Shown: positions 38,201 through 50,799 of the stretch, piece by piece | How positions within the stretch are numbered: position 1 is the stretch's first letter | Layout: every line of letters starts with the position of its first letter | Assembly (NCBI RefSeq): GCF_006345805.1 | Contig: NC_043003.1 | Coordinates: 2,976,001 to 3,040,000 of the forward strand | Length of the DNA stretch: 64,000 nt | Direction of reading: 5' to 3' | Source: Octopus sinensis | Lineage: Eukaryota | The notes under the pieces: model-generated | What the model was told of the DNA's origin: nothing | The model's database searches: none | Seen by the model: only the letters and a program-made list of their open reading frames with translations | Program-made: the position numbers and the translations under genes

Positions 38201-39398
38201 GTACACTCTTAAGGGGTTAGTCTTAGGAAGGGCATCAAGCCATAGAAACCTTCACAAAGCAAAAGAATTGGAACCTGGTGCAACTCCTTGGCTTACCTGC
38301 TCCATTCAAACCGTCCAACCCATGCCAGGATGGAAAACTGACATTAAATGATGATGATGATGATTTCCATGCCACCATCGGTTGGATGGTTTGATTGAAT
38401 CCAGTGAGCCATGGAGCTTGTATTGTGCTCCATCTCAGCTTTGACATGGTTTCTATGGCTGGATGCCCTTCCTAATGCCAACCACTTTACAGTGTGTACT
38501 GAGTGCTTCTCTCTTCCACAAATCCCATCCACTTTAAGTGACCGGCTCTTCTTTATGTAAGCTGTTGTCTTTGTTTAACATCCACTTTCCATGCTGGCAT
38601 GGGTTGGACGGTTTGACTGGGGGCTGGCAAGCCAGAAGGCTGTACCAGGCTCCAGTCTGATCTGGCAATGTTGCTACAGCTGGATGCCCTTCCTAATGCC
38701 AACCACTCCAAGAGTGTAGTGGGTGCTTTTTACGTGCCAGTCAGGCAGTACTGGCATCGGCCATGCTTTGAATGGAGCCTTTTACATGCCACCGGCACAG
38801 GACCAGTCAGGTGACACTGGCAACGACCACACTCGCATGGTGCTTTTTATGTGTCACCAGTGCAAGGGCCAGTCAGCCGGCACTGGCATTGACCACACTC
38901 GAATGGTGCTTTTTACGTGCTGCCGGCACGGGAGCGACCAAACCAGTGTAGCTTTACTCTCTTGAACGCTAAGTCTGATTTCTCTTAGGCATAATTCTTC
39001 CCTCAGTACATTAGTTCTTTCCTTCTGAGAATGAAGCTGATTTGTACATTCACCTGAGAAACAGCCGGTTGCCTGGCTTTCTAAGACATATGTTGCATGG
39101 TCATGGCTTCTGTGTAAACCTGAAAAACAGAAAACCCAACCTGATGTCGCTTGGTTTGTTCCTTGAAATTCCTTGTTAATTGTTACAAGACGGCTGCTTT
39201 CTTATTGAGTTAGTCTGCAAGACAATTGCATCGAATCTCTTCATTTACTAATCTCTCAATCCTGGTTGGGTTATAGAAGGGGACCAAAGTTTTCAGTACT
39301 AAGAAGACTTCCCTCCCTCCCTCCTTACCTACCTCCCTCCATCCCCCCCTCCTTTCTATTTCTCTCTCCCTCTGCACACCCTCCCTCCTTCCCTTTGT

Positions 39399-39640
39399 GA
39401 AGGTGCATGGCTTAGTGGTTAGAGTATTTGGTTCAGGATCTTATGATCGTGAGTTCGATTCCTAGTGTTGCGTTTTGTCCTTGAGGAAGACACTTCATTT
39501 CACTTTATTGCCCCAGTCCACCTGTAATCCAAAGAGGCCACCCTTGTCACATTCTGTGTCATGCTGAATCTCCCTGAGAACAACGTAAAGATACGCATGT
39601 CTGTGGAGTACTCAGCCACTTGTACATTAATTTCATAACT
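39399..39640 (+). mobile_element. CORE-type tRNA SINE (related copies at about 48330-48560 + and 59712-60035 -)
   Basis: tRNA head ggtgcatggcttagtggttag...gagttcgattcc, then CORE-like tccttgaggaagacactt...; shared ctgtggagtactcagccac segment. Confidence 0.65.
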
Positions 39641-39919
39641 GTTGTGTTATTGTTTCTTTTGAATGAAAACATGAGACGTTTTGGCACAGCCATATTGGCG
39701 TCGGCTATTTGGCATCATTGATTCAACACTGACTTTGTTGACATCAGACATTTCAGTGTTTCTCTCTTTCTGTCTGTCCGTCTCTCTCTCTCTCTCTTTT
39801 TTCTCCACTTCCTCTGTTTATGTGTGTGTATTTTTCTCTTCATGAGGAGAAGGAACGTGTGTCAGCCATGTTCACTTAATAACTTGTAATGTCTCTCTCA
39901 CTTTATCTGTATGTGTATA

Positions 39920-39961
<42 letters not shown>

Positions 39962-41151
39962 TTCCTCCAGTGCCAAAAGCTACAATCACCTAAACAGGTG
40001 CAATATCCAGTCAGCCATGCCAAACCATCTCCTTCCAATAAACGGTGCACTTTCTATGAAACTTAAATTACATTGAAGCTATTTTTAAAAATGAAATTAT
40101 TGATTTTTCTCCCTCCAATCCCCTGCTCCCCCCCCCCCATCAATATCATTCATTAAATTCACTTGGATTTTGTTTTGAATTTGACCTAATTTCACTTTGG
40201 CTGCTTTTTTGTTGGTTTTTTTTTTTTGTGTTTGGATTTTGTTTTTTGGGGTATTTGTTGTTTTTCTTCTCTCTGGTTACTTTCTTCATTTCACTTGTTT
40301 CTTATTCTTTTCTTTGGCTTTTGGGTTTCTTCTTTCTTTCTTTATTCATTCTTCAACTTCTTATTCAAAAATTTATTCCCTCATAACTCTGTCAATACTT
40401 TCTTCACAGACCGGGAATTAAAGATTCTTGTTTCCTGAATAATGAAAAGATGTAACAACTAATTGAATAACTTCTTGGGGAAAGGATAATTGGTTTTCTT
40501 TTCACTGTTCTTTGCAGCACTATAGTGCTTAGTCTGGCAAAAGGGTAGTGCCAATAATTTTGATCAGGGGCTGTGAGGTGAATGGGAGGCAAGGTAGAAG
40601 GTATCTTCCAATCAGAGATCTGGTCAAAATGCTTGCCATAAAATGAATTCTTCCATTGAAGGCTCCTAACCCTAACCTTGGTGGTGGGGTTAAACCGAGC
40701 TAAGTGATGGCATTAAACTAGACCAGGGGGCTGGTAGGATTAAACTGGGCCACAAGGTAAGTCTACCGCTCAAATAGGGTGCAACAGGATTTGAACTCAG
40801 AGTGCAAAGCATCAGTACAAATTCTGCAAATCAACTTGAATGACATTCAGATAAGTTTGATGTCTGCTGTCCTAGACCAATACTTTATTTTATTGGCCCC
40901 AGAAAGATAAAAGGCAAAATAACCTCAGTGGGATTTGAACACAGAATACAAGGAGCCTTCACTTCCTCTTTCACCACTTTTAGCCATGTCTTTCTCTTGC
41001 TTCCTTTCCTCCACTTCCTTCCATGTTCCTTGCCATCACCCCTCTCATCCACTTTCGTCTTTGCTCAGTACATGACTCGACTCTTTTATCCCATTTCTTT
41101 TCACAGTTTCCACTGCTTGTTGTTCTTTTCCTTTCATTTTTTACAATTCAT

Positions 41152-41220
<69 letters not shown>

Positions 41221-41526
41221 AATACTCTGTTCATCCATCAAATCGTTTTTATTTCCATTCTTTCCAGCCTGCAAGGAGATGAAGATGAAGTACTATTATT
41301 CTTTCAGAAGTACTTTTATCTCTTATTCTTGTATTCTAAGATTTAGACATCTGTTATTCCTCAGGTTTACCTTCTCATTAATAAATACGATCCTCAACAC
41401 CAGCTATCTATCCACAAAACACTGGACCACACACATAATTATTAGACTATTAAATAATCATATTTACCAATATAAAGCCACCGACATTCTCCTTGCCATT
41501 ATTAACATTAGAATATTCAATTGCTG

Positions 41527-43255
41527 GATCAGGTGATGATCCAGTTACGGAGAGAGTTAAAGCCAACCTAATTAGGGAGAGACTTAGCTTCGATGAGATG
41601 CAATTTGGTTTTGTGCCTGGGAGAAGCACCACTGATGCTATATTTCTGCTGCAGGAGAGATACATAGCCAAAGATAAACCTTTGTACTTGGCTTTTGTTG
41701 ACTTGGAGAAAGCCTTTGACAGAGTCCCCTGATCCCTTATCAATACAGAAACTAGGGATAAACGAGTGGTTGATGAGAGCTGTACAAGCTATGTATAAGG
41801 ATGCTACCAGTAAGGTGGGGGTTGGCAGTGAGTACAGTGAAGAATTCAGAGTACAAGTAGGGGTTCACCAAGGATTGGTACTCAGTCCCCTCTTGTTCCT
41901 CATAGTCCTCCAGGCAATAACAGGAATTTAAGGCGGGCTGACCCTTGGAGCTCCTCTATGCTGATGACCTTGCTCTTTTAATTGAACTGGAGAAGTTCCA
42001 GGTATGGAAGCAAGGTCTAAAATCAAAGGGCCTTAGAGTTAACCTAGCAAAAACCAAAGTAAGTAAGAAGACAGACAAATAACAAATCCCTTCAGGTAGA
42101 TGGTCCTGCTCAATCTGTACAAAAGGCGTAGGTAGAAACTCCATAAGATGCTTCCAATGTAAGCTTTAGACTCACAAAAGTAGCAGCAATATCAGAGGAA
42201 GGTTAACAGAGAAACTAACTTTTGTATGTGGAAGGTGCACAAGTACAATAAATGCTGAAAATGTACAGAAAATAGACTCCATCAACTGCCAATGGGGTAA
42301 GCTAGAGGTAGAAGATAACTTCTGTTATCTAGGTGACCAGGTTAGTAGTGGAGGTGGATGCTCTGAGAGTGTAGCTGTGAGAATAAGATAAGGCTGGGCA
42401 AAGTTCAGAGAAGTCCTTCCCCTGCTGGTAACAAAGGGCCTCTTTCTCTGACTGAAAGGCAGATTGTTTGATGCCTGTGTGCAAATACTCATGCTACATG
42501 GCAGTGAAACATGGGCTGTGACAGCCGAGGACATGCATAGGCTTGAAAGGGATGAAGCCAGTATGCTTTGCTGGTTGTGCAATGTCAGTGTGCATGCACA
42601 ACAGAGTGTAAGCATCTTGAGAGAAAAGTTGGGCATAAGAGGCATCAGATGTGGTGTACAAAAGAGATGACTCTGCTGGTATGGTCATGTGAAGCATATG
42701 AACGAGGACAGCTGTGTAAAGAAGTGCCAATCTGTAACTGTGGAGGGAACTTGTGGCAGAGGTAGAGCCAGGAACACATGGGATGAGGTGGTGAATCATG
42801 ATCTTTGGACTTTGAGCCTCAGAGAGGCAGTGACTGAGACCTTTGGCGTTGTGCTGTGCTTGAGAGAACCCATCAAGCCAAGTGCACCCGTGCTGGTGAC
42901 ATGTAAAGAACACCTTTTGAGTGTTGGGCCTCACAGAGGTAAATTGGCTGAGACCTCTGACATTATGTTGTGCTTGAGAAGAAGACCCACCAAGCAGAGC
43001 AAAATTGCAGTTGTGGCACATACCAGCATCACACAAATTGGCACCCGTGCAGGTGGCACGTAAAAGCACCTTGGTGTCATGCAAATGGCATGTAAGAGCA
43101 CCCATTACACTCTGTAAAGTGGTTGGCATTAGGAAGAGCATGCAGCCATAGAAAACTATGCCAACTCAGACTGGAGCCTGGTGCAGCCTTCAAGCGTACC
43201 AGCCTGGCCAAATCATCCAACCTATGCCAGCATGGACATTAAATGATGATGATGA
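41527..43255 (+). mobile_element. 5'-truncated, decayed RTE LINE (RT domain to 3' tail)
   Basis: QFGFVPGRSTTDAIF...AFVDLEKAFDRVP, GVHQG.VLSPLLF, LYADD (~41955); several stops and frameshifts; (GAT)n tail. Confidence 0.92.
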
Positions 43256-44502
43256 TATTAACTTCATGATGAATTTTACTAAAACTATTAAAACTGATAA
43301 AGAAGTTGTAGAGGTGATGTATCAGTACAAGGAAGTGAAGAAAGTAAATGATTACAAGAAAAGTAAGCATTCTGAAGGAGAAGCTTATGTCATGCTGACA
43401 ATTTCTGAAAAGAATGAAATAGTGCTATAAATGATTACTGCTGAGTAGAGATTCTAAGAATTGCATAATAAGTAAGCAACGAAAATGAAATACCAAATTA
43501 AACATGTTTACTTTTTGCATCTCCTTTGTTCTTATTTCCTTAATTTCAGATTCATACTTCTAATCCTGCCAAATGTTATGAAAAAATGATTATCTTCCTT
43601 GTATTAATTGTCTTCTTGGGGACATTGCTAGATAAAAAAAAAAGTAAAAATAGAAAGAGGCATTTCATGTAAATGAGGAGTTTTTTTTTCAGTTATACGA
43701 GATTTCTTATTGTACTCATTTTCTTCTCTGGATGTTCTCTCTCTCCCCCTCCCCCTCTCTCTCTTCCTTCTAAATTAATGCTGTCTGTGGAAATGGCTAT
43801 CATCAGGTGAATGTCGATATCTTTGACACTTCGTCTTTCAATCAATGAGTTCAGCATAGTCTCTATCTCCACTGACTCAAAGACTTTCTTGTTATCCATA
43901 AATGTTTGGCACCATAGGAAATTGTTCAGCTGGTGGGGGAGGGGTGGACTCTTGAAAACTGCTCCTTTTTACCCTTTTTGCATTCAGATTACTCTGTCAA
44001 ATCCAATGCTTATTTATTCACATTGTCTTGAATTAATCATTCAGTGTCTTGTAACTTTCAGATTTCAATGATGTGATTGTTTATTTTCAGAATGACATTG
44101 TAGGGTAGGTGTGAGAGGCTGGATCTTGCTGGTTTGAACATAGAAGAGGTAGAATATTATGGATATGGCCAGCTTAAATGCTAAAGGAATAAGCAAAGAA
44201 CATATATATATATATATATATCGTCACCATCTAACGTCCATTTTTCATGCTAGCATCTGTTTTGGCATGGTTTCTATGGTTTGATGCCCTTCCTAACGCC
44301 AACCACTCTACAGAGTGTACTGGGTGCTTCTACAAAGCACTGTTGGCATGGGTACTTTTTATGTGGCACCAGCCCCTATGAGCCTGCAAAATTAGGGATG
44401 CTCAGCTGGAGAGGGTTGCAGGGGACGAGCCTGTATGCAAGGGCAACCACACTTTTACTTAAATATATCTCAAGAGAAACAAAGAAAGAAGGGTTCACTA
44501 TA

Positions 44503-44872
44503 GGCGCAGAAGTGGCTGTGTGGTAAGTAGCTTGCTAACCAACCACATGGTTCCGGGTTCAGTCCCACTGCGTGGCACTTTGGGCAAGTGTCTTCTACTA
44601 TAGCCCCAGGCCGACCAATGCTTTGTGAGTGGATTTGGTAGACGGAAACTGAAAGAAGCCCGTTATGTATATATGTGTATGTGTGTGTCCCCCTAGCATT
44701 GCTTGAGAACCGATGCTGGTGTGTTTACGTCCCCGTCACTTAGCGGTTCGGCAAAAGAGACCGATAGAATAAGTACTGGGCTTACAAAGAATAAGTCCCG
44801 GGGTCGATTTGCTCGATTAAAGGCGGTGCTCCAGCATGGCCGCAGTCAAATGACTGAAACAAGTAAAAGAGT
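44503..44872 (+). mobile_element. Full-length, little-diverged SINE family A copy
   Basis: Complete head, body and aagtaaaagag tail; near-identical in reverse complement to 57977-58376. Confidence 0.9.
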
Positions 44873-44989
44873 ATTCGGCTAGGTCCCTTCCAACAAGCAA
44901 AATTTTATATCATGATATAAACAATTGCAGTCTGCATCTGAAGAGAGAAAAATCCAAAAGCAAAACATAAAACCAGAATGAATCATTAT

Positions 44990-45260
44990 GAATGAGAAAT
45001 GTGGACCCCAACAGCAGAGAGATGGAGAGGAGAAACTGACAGTGGAAAGATCAATGCTCAGAGTAACATATTCAGATACAAAGACAAATAAATGAGTGGG
45101 AGGTCTTGTGTTTACCCCATGAAAAAGAGAGAGAGAGAATGGACATGTAGGACATGCCAGAAGGACAGGATTATCATGGAATGGTAACTAATGAAGAGAA
45201 AGAAAAATATGAGGGAGACCTTGATAAAGATGGCAAGAAAATCAACAAATACTGGTCCAC
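44990..45260 (+). mobile_element. Old RTE-like fragment of a different family
   Basis: ERSMLRVTYSDTKTNK*V...W..GHARR-like remnant. Confidence 0.45.
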
Positions 45261-45750
45261 CATCATGTAGCAATTATAACAAATTTATAAAGCATAATTA
45301 ACTATTGAATTGATTGGGTTGTCAGATAAGTTCAATGGGTTTTTTTGTCCATTTATGTTAATCCTTATCTCAAGGCGGCAAGCTGACAGAATCGTTTGGG
45401 ATGGAATGCTTAGCGGTATTTTGTTTGTCTACATTCTTAGTTCAAAATCCACCAAGGTCAACTTTGCCTTTTATCCTTTCAGGGTCTATAAACTAAGTAC
45501 CAGTTGTGTATTGGGGTTGAACTAATTGCCTGCCCTCCCCCAAAAATTTGGGCCTTGTGCCTAGAGTAGAAAAGATTAATCCTTATCTTTCAAGGAGTGG
45601 CTGTTCGGTAAGAAGCTTGCTTCCCAACCACATGGTTCCAGGTTCAGTCGCATTGTGTGGCACCTTGGGCAAGTATCTTCTATTATAGCCTTGGGCCAAC
45701 CAAAGCCTTGTCAGTGGATTTGGTAGATGGAAACCGAAAGAAGCCTGTTG

Positions 45751-45785
<35 letters not shown>

Positions 45786-46213
45786 ATGTTTCGGCAAAAA
45801 AGAAACCAATAGTACTAGGCTTACAAAGAATAAGTCCTGGCGGTCAATTTATTCGACTAAAGGTGGTGCTCCAGCATGGCCACAGTCAAATGACTGGAAC
45901 AAGTAAAAGAGTAAAATCAATCAAGGCTAAGCATTGACCTGTTAGTGGAACATTGGTAAAAAGTTGTAAGCAGCAAAGAAAAAGAAATTGATTCAGTTGT
46001 TAAAAGTGGTTCATGAGAAATAAGGATAAAAATAAATGGGAACAAAACCTGAATGAATTTCTCTGACAACTCAATAGTAAGAACTATTATGAGATATTCG
46101 TTATTAATTTATGTGTTCTGTTGTGATTTTGTTTGAAACTTGGTAAATTGTTATTAAAATATAAGAGAAATGATGTGAAATGGTTTTTAAGTATCTCAGA
46201 TGTTTGCTTTCAG

Positions 46214-46289
46214 ATGGCATGTGGAGAGGAACAAAATTAATAAACTTGAAGAATATTGCTGATGAAGCCATCAAACGTTGCAAGGAAAA
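46214..46289 (+). CDS. ACSS2: ACSS exon (phase 1 to 2): (D)GMWRGTKLINLKNIADEAIKRCKE(N)
   Basis: tttgctttcag|ATGGC...GGAAAA|gtaagg; G from exon A or B plus AT gives the conserved Asp. Confidence 0.93.
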
Positions 46290-46666
46290 GTAAGGGTCAA
46301 AAATATCTTTGTGTATGAGTGTGTGTGTGTGTAGGTAGCCAGTTGGCAGAGTTGTTAGAGCACCAGGTAAATTGTTTTGTGGTAGTCATTGTGGCTCCTC
46401 TCTTCGTCCTGAGTTCAAATACCATTGAGAACCACCTTTTTTTGCAACCCAACAAATTAACACTGATGGAAAACAACTGGAAGAAACCTTTTCTTGTATA
46501 ACCAGAAGGATAATTTCTACACAAGATTTAAGCTAAGGGTGGAGATAATGTTGAGCCTATTGTTGTTGTCTAGACTTTGGTCAGCAGCTTTTCTAAATGT
46601 CTCCAGTATAATTTTGTGAAGCACCACCATTTTATTATGTTTTTTTTTTTTTTTTTTTTTGTGCAG

Positions 46667-46787
46667 TGGCTACAATATTGATCATTGCATTGTTGTGCGC
46701 CACCTGAGTCCGAATCCGAATGAGCTGAGGAACGGAAACAGTTGTACTCAGCAAATTCCTGCGAAACGCCCGTGTTATGATCTGAAA
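46667..46787 (+). CDS. ACSS2: ACSS exon (phase 2 to 0): GYNIDHCIVVRHLSPNPNELRNGNSCTQQIPAKRPCYDLK
   Basis: poly-T gtgcag|TGGC...CTGAAA|gtaagt; CIVV.HL plus the ACSS2-type insert. Confidence 0.92.
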
Positions 46788-47006
46788 GTAAGTTAATGTT
46801 GGTTTCTTTGTTTTTTGCTCAAAAAAATGAACCTTCGGTGCTGATTCCGGATTCTTTATTATCCAGACTTTACGGTCATCCTTTACGGTATATACCTTTA
46901 TTTGATCACGTATGTTTTTATATTTCTCTAAAAAAATTCAATATTTGTTTCTAAAAAATTGTTAATTTTAAGCATTCCAATGTCAATTTTGTTTTGTTTT
47001 CAACAG

Positions 47007-47134
47007 ATTAATTGGGACAGTTCTCGTGACAAATGGTGGCATGACTTAATGTCGACCAAAACGGATGAAGAATCAAAGAAATGTCCCCCAGTCTGGTGTG
47101 ATGCTGAAGATCCTCTTTTTATGTTATACACGAG
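47007..47134 (+). CDS. ACSS2: ACSS exon (phase 0 to 2): INWDSSRDKWWHDLMSTKTDEESKKCPPVWCDAEDPLFMLYT(S)
   Basis: ttttcaacag|ATT...ACGAG|gtagag; WWH.L and DAEDPLF.LYT motifs. Confidence 0.95.
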
Positions 47135-47241
47135 GTAGAGAAAACATTTTATACAGTTCTATATTTAAGGGATGAGGAATTATGGCCATTATTTACATTA
47201 TTTACATTTGACGGATATTTGTCCTCATCTTGTTTGTTGTT

Positions 47242-47280
47242 AACACAACATTTCGGCTGATATACCCTTCATCAGGTGCC
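47242..47280 (-). ncRNA. Degenerate hammerhead motif
   Basis: Minus strand: GCAC-CUGAUGA-AGGGUAUAUCAGCC-GAAA-UGU-U-GUGU; stem I intact, stem II broken. Confidence 0.4.
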
Positions 47281-47510
47281 TTGAGGAAATTTTGAACTTG
47301 GGTTCTCATTCCTAGGTATTTTTCAATGTTATTATTATTATAACATCGAAAAATACCTTAGGAATGAGAACACACACATACAGACACACACACACACGTG
47401 CACTCTCTCTCACTTTCTCCCCATTCCTCACCCTCTTATACTACCTTATATCTCTCCCCACCCCTACACACTCAATAATACTATAAAAAGAGACAAAATT
47501 CCTGAAAAAG

Positions 47511-47552
47511 TTCAATCTGACGACTCCACTAGAGTGGACGCAAGCGCTGATA
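47511..47552 (+). ncRNA. Hammerhead relic with core mutations
   Basis: CUGACGA 47517-23; UCCAC-UAGA-GUGGA stem II; GCAA instead of GAAA; palindromic AGCGCU; G at position 17. Confidence 0.4.
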
Positions 47553-47631
47553 TATGATTTATAAAAACATGTGACATATTAATAAATATCTGTAAATATA
47601 AAACCATCCAGATTTCTGAGTACCTCATTTC

Positions 47632-47675
<44 letters not shown>

Positions 47676-47990
47676 TGGTTATAAATTGATAGATATAAAT
47701 GTTTGTTTTTATTTTGAGTTATAATAAAAGCAGTTTAACATTAAAATTGAGAATTACTCATTTTTTGTTTTAGAGTACACATTGTACTTTTACATGATGA
47801 AAAGTGTGACAATGACTTGAGTATTTCAAGCTGCCAGCCTTCATCAGGCAGCATGATGAAGGCTAACAGGTCAAAACTTCAAAGTCACTTTCAACCCTCG
47901 TTTTGTAAAAGTATGACATATTTATGTGTGTGTGTGTGTGTTATATATGACGTGTTTATTTTTTAAATTTTCTTTCACTTTCTCATTTAG

Positions 47991-48183
47991 TGGATCTACG
48001 GGAAAACCAAAAGGTGTCCTCCATACGACCGGCGGCTACATGTTATATGCTTACACTACATTCAAGTATGTCTTTGACTATCATGACGACGATGTGTTCT
48101 GGTGTACTGCTGATATTGGCTGGATCACAGGCCATAGTTATGTCTGCTACGGACCCTTGGTTAATGGATCAACAAGTGTGATT
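47991..48183 (+). CDS. ACSS2: ACSS exon (phase 2 to 0): [64 protein letters not shown]
   Basis: tctcatttag|TGGA...GTGATT|gtgagc; AMP-binding P-loop; ORF 47926..48192. Confidence 0.97.
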
Positions 48184-49146
48184 GTGAGCTGATATTTCTC
48201 TTTATAAACAACACACAGAGACAGACAGACAGACACACACACACACACACACACACATCTGTTTCTTGAACTTTGTCTAATGAAGATCTGAAATTACATA
48301 TTTTATTGAGAAGTCATAGAACATGGGTGAAGCTGAGTGGCCAAGTAGTTAGGGTGTTGCACTCGTGATCAGAATATCGTAGTTTCAATTCCTGAACTGG
48401 GCAGTACATTGTACTCTTAAGCAAGACACTTCGTTTCACATTGTTCCAGTCCACTCAATTGCAAATGAGTGACCCCTGTAATGGATTGGTGCCCCATTCT
48501 GAGTGGGGTGGGGATGTGATTTCAATGATTTATATGTCATGGGAACTGGGTAACTGACCCCTTTGAGTTACAGGTCTTGAGACAGTCATGTCCAGGGGTT
48601 GATTATGATGTTCATGTATCTGACCCTTATTGCTTTTAACTCCTTTTTCAAGCATGGCACAAACAAGCGTTCCCTTGATGTCTTCATCCAAGACCTTTCC
48701 TTCCAGGTGTGTTCACCTCTTTCTTACAATACCTCTACAGAAGGTGTTTGTTTGTTGTCTTTTTACCTTGGTTTATGAATTCCAGCTCAGCACCATCCTT
48801 GTTGTGCTTCATACTGCTTTATGGAGCCTGCAATCTCTCAACTTATTTATTTCCAAAACTACCTTGTTATTTTATCTTCTGTTGTTCCCTTAAACAGTTT
48901 TCAACATGAAGTCATACACGTGGATCATGTTTAGTCCCTGGATATTCGAAATCCTTTTTAAACAGGTTGGGTCAATTATTTTAAGAATTAAGTGAAACAC
49001 ACAGGCAATGTATTTCATTAGAAATACGCTTCGGAAATGGTTAAAACAGCTCCAATAAATGTCGCATTCACTTGTTTTACTGATTTATTTCGCTTTTCTC
49101 ATTATTCCGGTAACCGTATTCACTTCATTTTATTTTTCTGCAACAG

Positions 49147-49280
49147 TTTGAAGGAGTCCCATATTATCCAACTGCTGGACGTTACTGGGAGATTGTGGAA
49201 AAATATAAAGTTTCCAAATTCTATACTGCCCCCACTGCTATTAGATGTCTGATGAAATATGGAGACGAATTTGTCAATAA
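49147..49280 (+). CDS. ACSS2: ACSS exon (phase 0 to 2): [44 protein letters not shown](N)
   Basis: ctgcaacag|TTTGAA...AATAA|gtaaga; FEG.P and FYTAPTAIR motifs. Confidence 0.95.
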
Positions 49281-50666
49281 GTAAGATATCCCAGTTTCTT
49301 ATTTAAACATTGCATTAGAACTGTGTTGTGTTTCAATCCACTGGAATCAGTTGTGGTGTATTTAGTAAATTCCTTAAACTCTTTGGCATTCAGATTATTC
49401 TGACGAATATTTTGCTTATTTATTCACATTGTTTTGCAGTTAATCATGCATTATCCTTTAGTTTCAAGAATTTGATTGATTTATTGTATATTGTTAGAAT
49501 GATATTGTAGGGTTGGTGTGATAGGCCAAATCTGGCCAGTTTGAACATAAAACAAATGCAATATTTTGGCTAATTATAACTGATGTCTTGAAGAAAAGAG
49601 TTACTAAGAAAAGAGTTGGTTTCAGAATCATTAGATTAAGGAGAAAGGGATAATCTTTGATAGGGTTTATAATTACAAATGGTGATGATAGGACTTTGAC
49701 AAACCTTAATGATTGCCTGGCACAACAATTAATCAAGACATTTGATTAGTTAATTCGTTAAGTGTTTGAGCAATTGGGAAATGAAAATAAGAAGTGAAAT
49801 AGAATCAGTGTGTGTGTTTATTATTAGCATAATGACCCTCCCAAAATATAACAATAAAAAGGGGCAGCATTTTACAAACTCCTACAAACATAATGGAGAC
49901 ACATTTGAAACCAAAATAAACACATTTAAATTTAATTTAATATAGTTTTAAAATGGTGGCAGAAAAAGTGCAGGAATAAAGTTGGTTTGAAGTGAATGTA
50001 TTTTCAAACAGGATAAATAAATATTTAGTTGTGCGTAAAATAATTTAATAAAGGCCTTGGGTATGTGTTAACGAAAGGTTACGACCAGATGAATATCTCT
50101 GAAATTTATTTAATCCATATTTAATTATTTTAATTTCTGTTTTCTGTGCCAACTGAGCTTTTTGTCTGCCATTATTTGAAATGCTTAGCAGTATTTCACT
50201 GGTTGCTACGTTCTGAGTTCAAATTCTGCTGAGGTTGACTTTGCCTTTCACCCTTTCGGGGTCGATAAATAAAGTACCAGTCAAGTAACGGGGTCGATGT
50301 TATCGATTTAACTCATCCTCCAATACGCCAGACCTTGTGCCTTTAGTAGAAAGCATTATTTGGGCAGTTTAAGGCAAAAACTACGTCTTAAGGAAAATGC
50401 AGAAACATAGCCAGAGTTGTCTCCCGTTCGTTGTTAAAAACTAAAAATTCAAATGATTGACTAATTATATTTTGCTGCATAATTTTATTCACCTTCAGCT
50501 TTTCAAAGTTGTTTGTATCCAATATTGTGTCATAATAATATTGAAAGTTACGATTGTAAGAGCTGATTAATTAATTCGTTTTAACCACTATCATTTTTTA
50601 CTATCATTTGCAAAAATAAAAAAGAAAATGGTGAAACCAACTTTTTTTCTCATCGATTCTTTTTAG

Positions 50667-50799
50667 TCATGATGTGAGTTCCCTGAAGGTCCTGGGTAGC
50701 GTTGGTGAACCTATCAATCCTGAGGCTTGGTTGTGGTACCACAATGTGGTTGGGAAAGGAAAATGTGCTGTTGTTGACACTTTCTGGCAAACGGAAACG
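50667..50799 (+). CDS. ACSS2: ACSS exon (phase 2 to 0): [44 protein letters not shown]
   Basis: tctttttag|TCAT...GAAACG|gtaagt; ORF 50674..50880. Confidence 0.97.

Noticed and set aside
40928-41536. 202-aa ORF
   Set aside because: Runs through a SINE remnant and a (CT)n tract; no splice or homology support.
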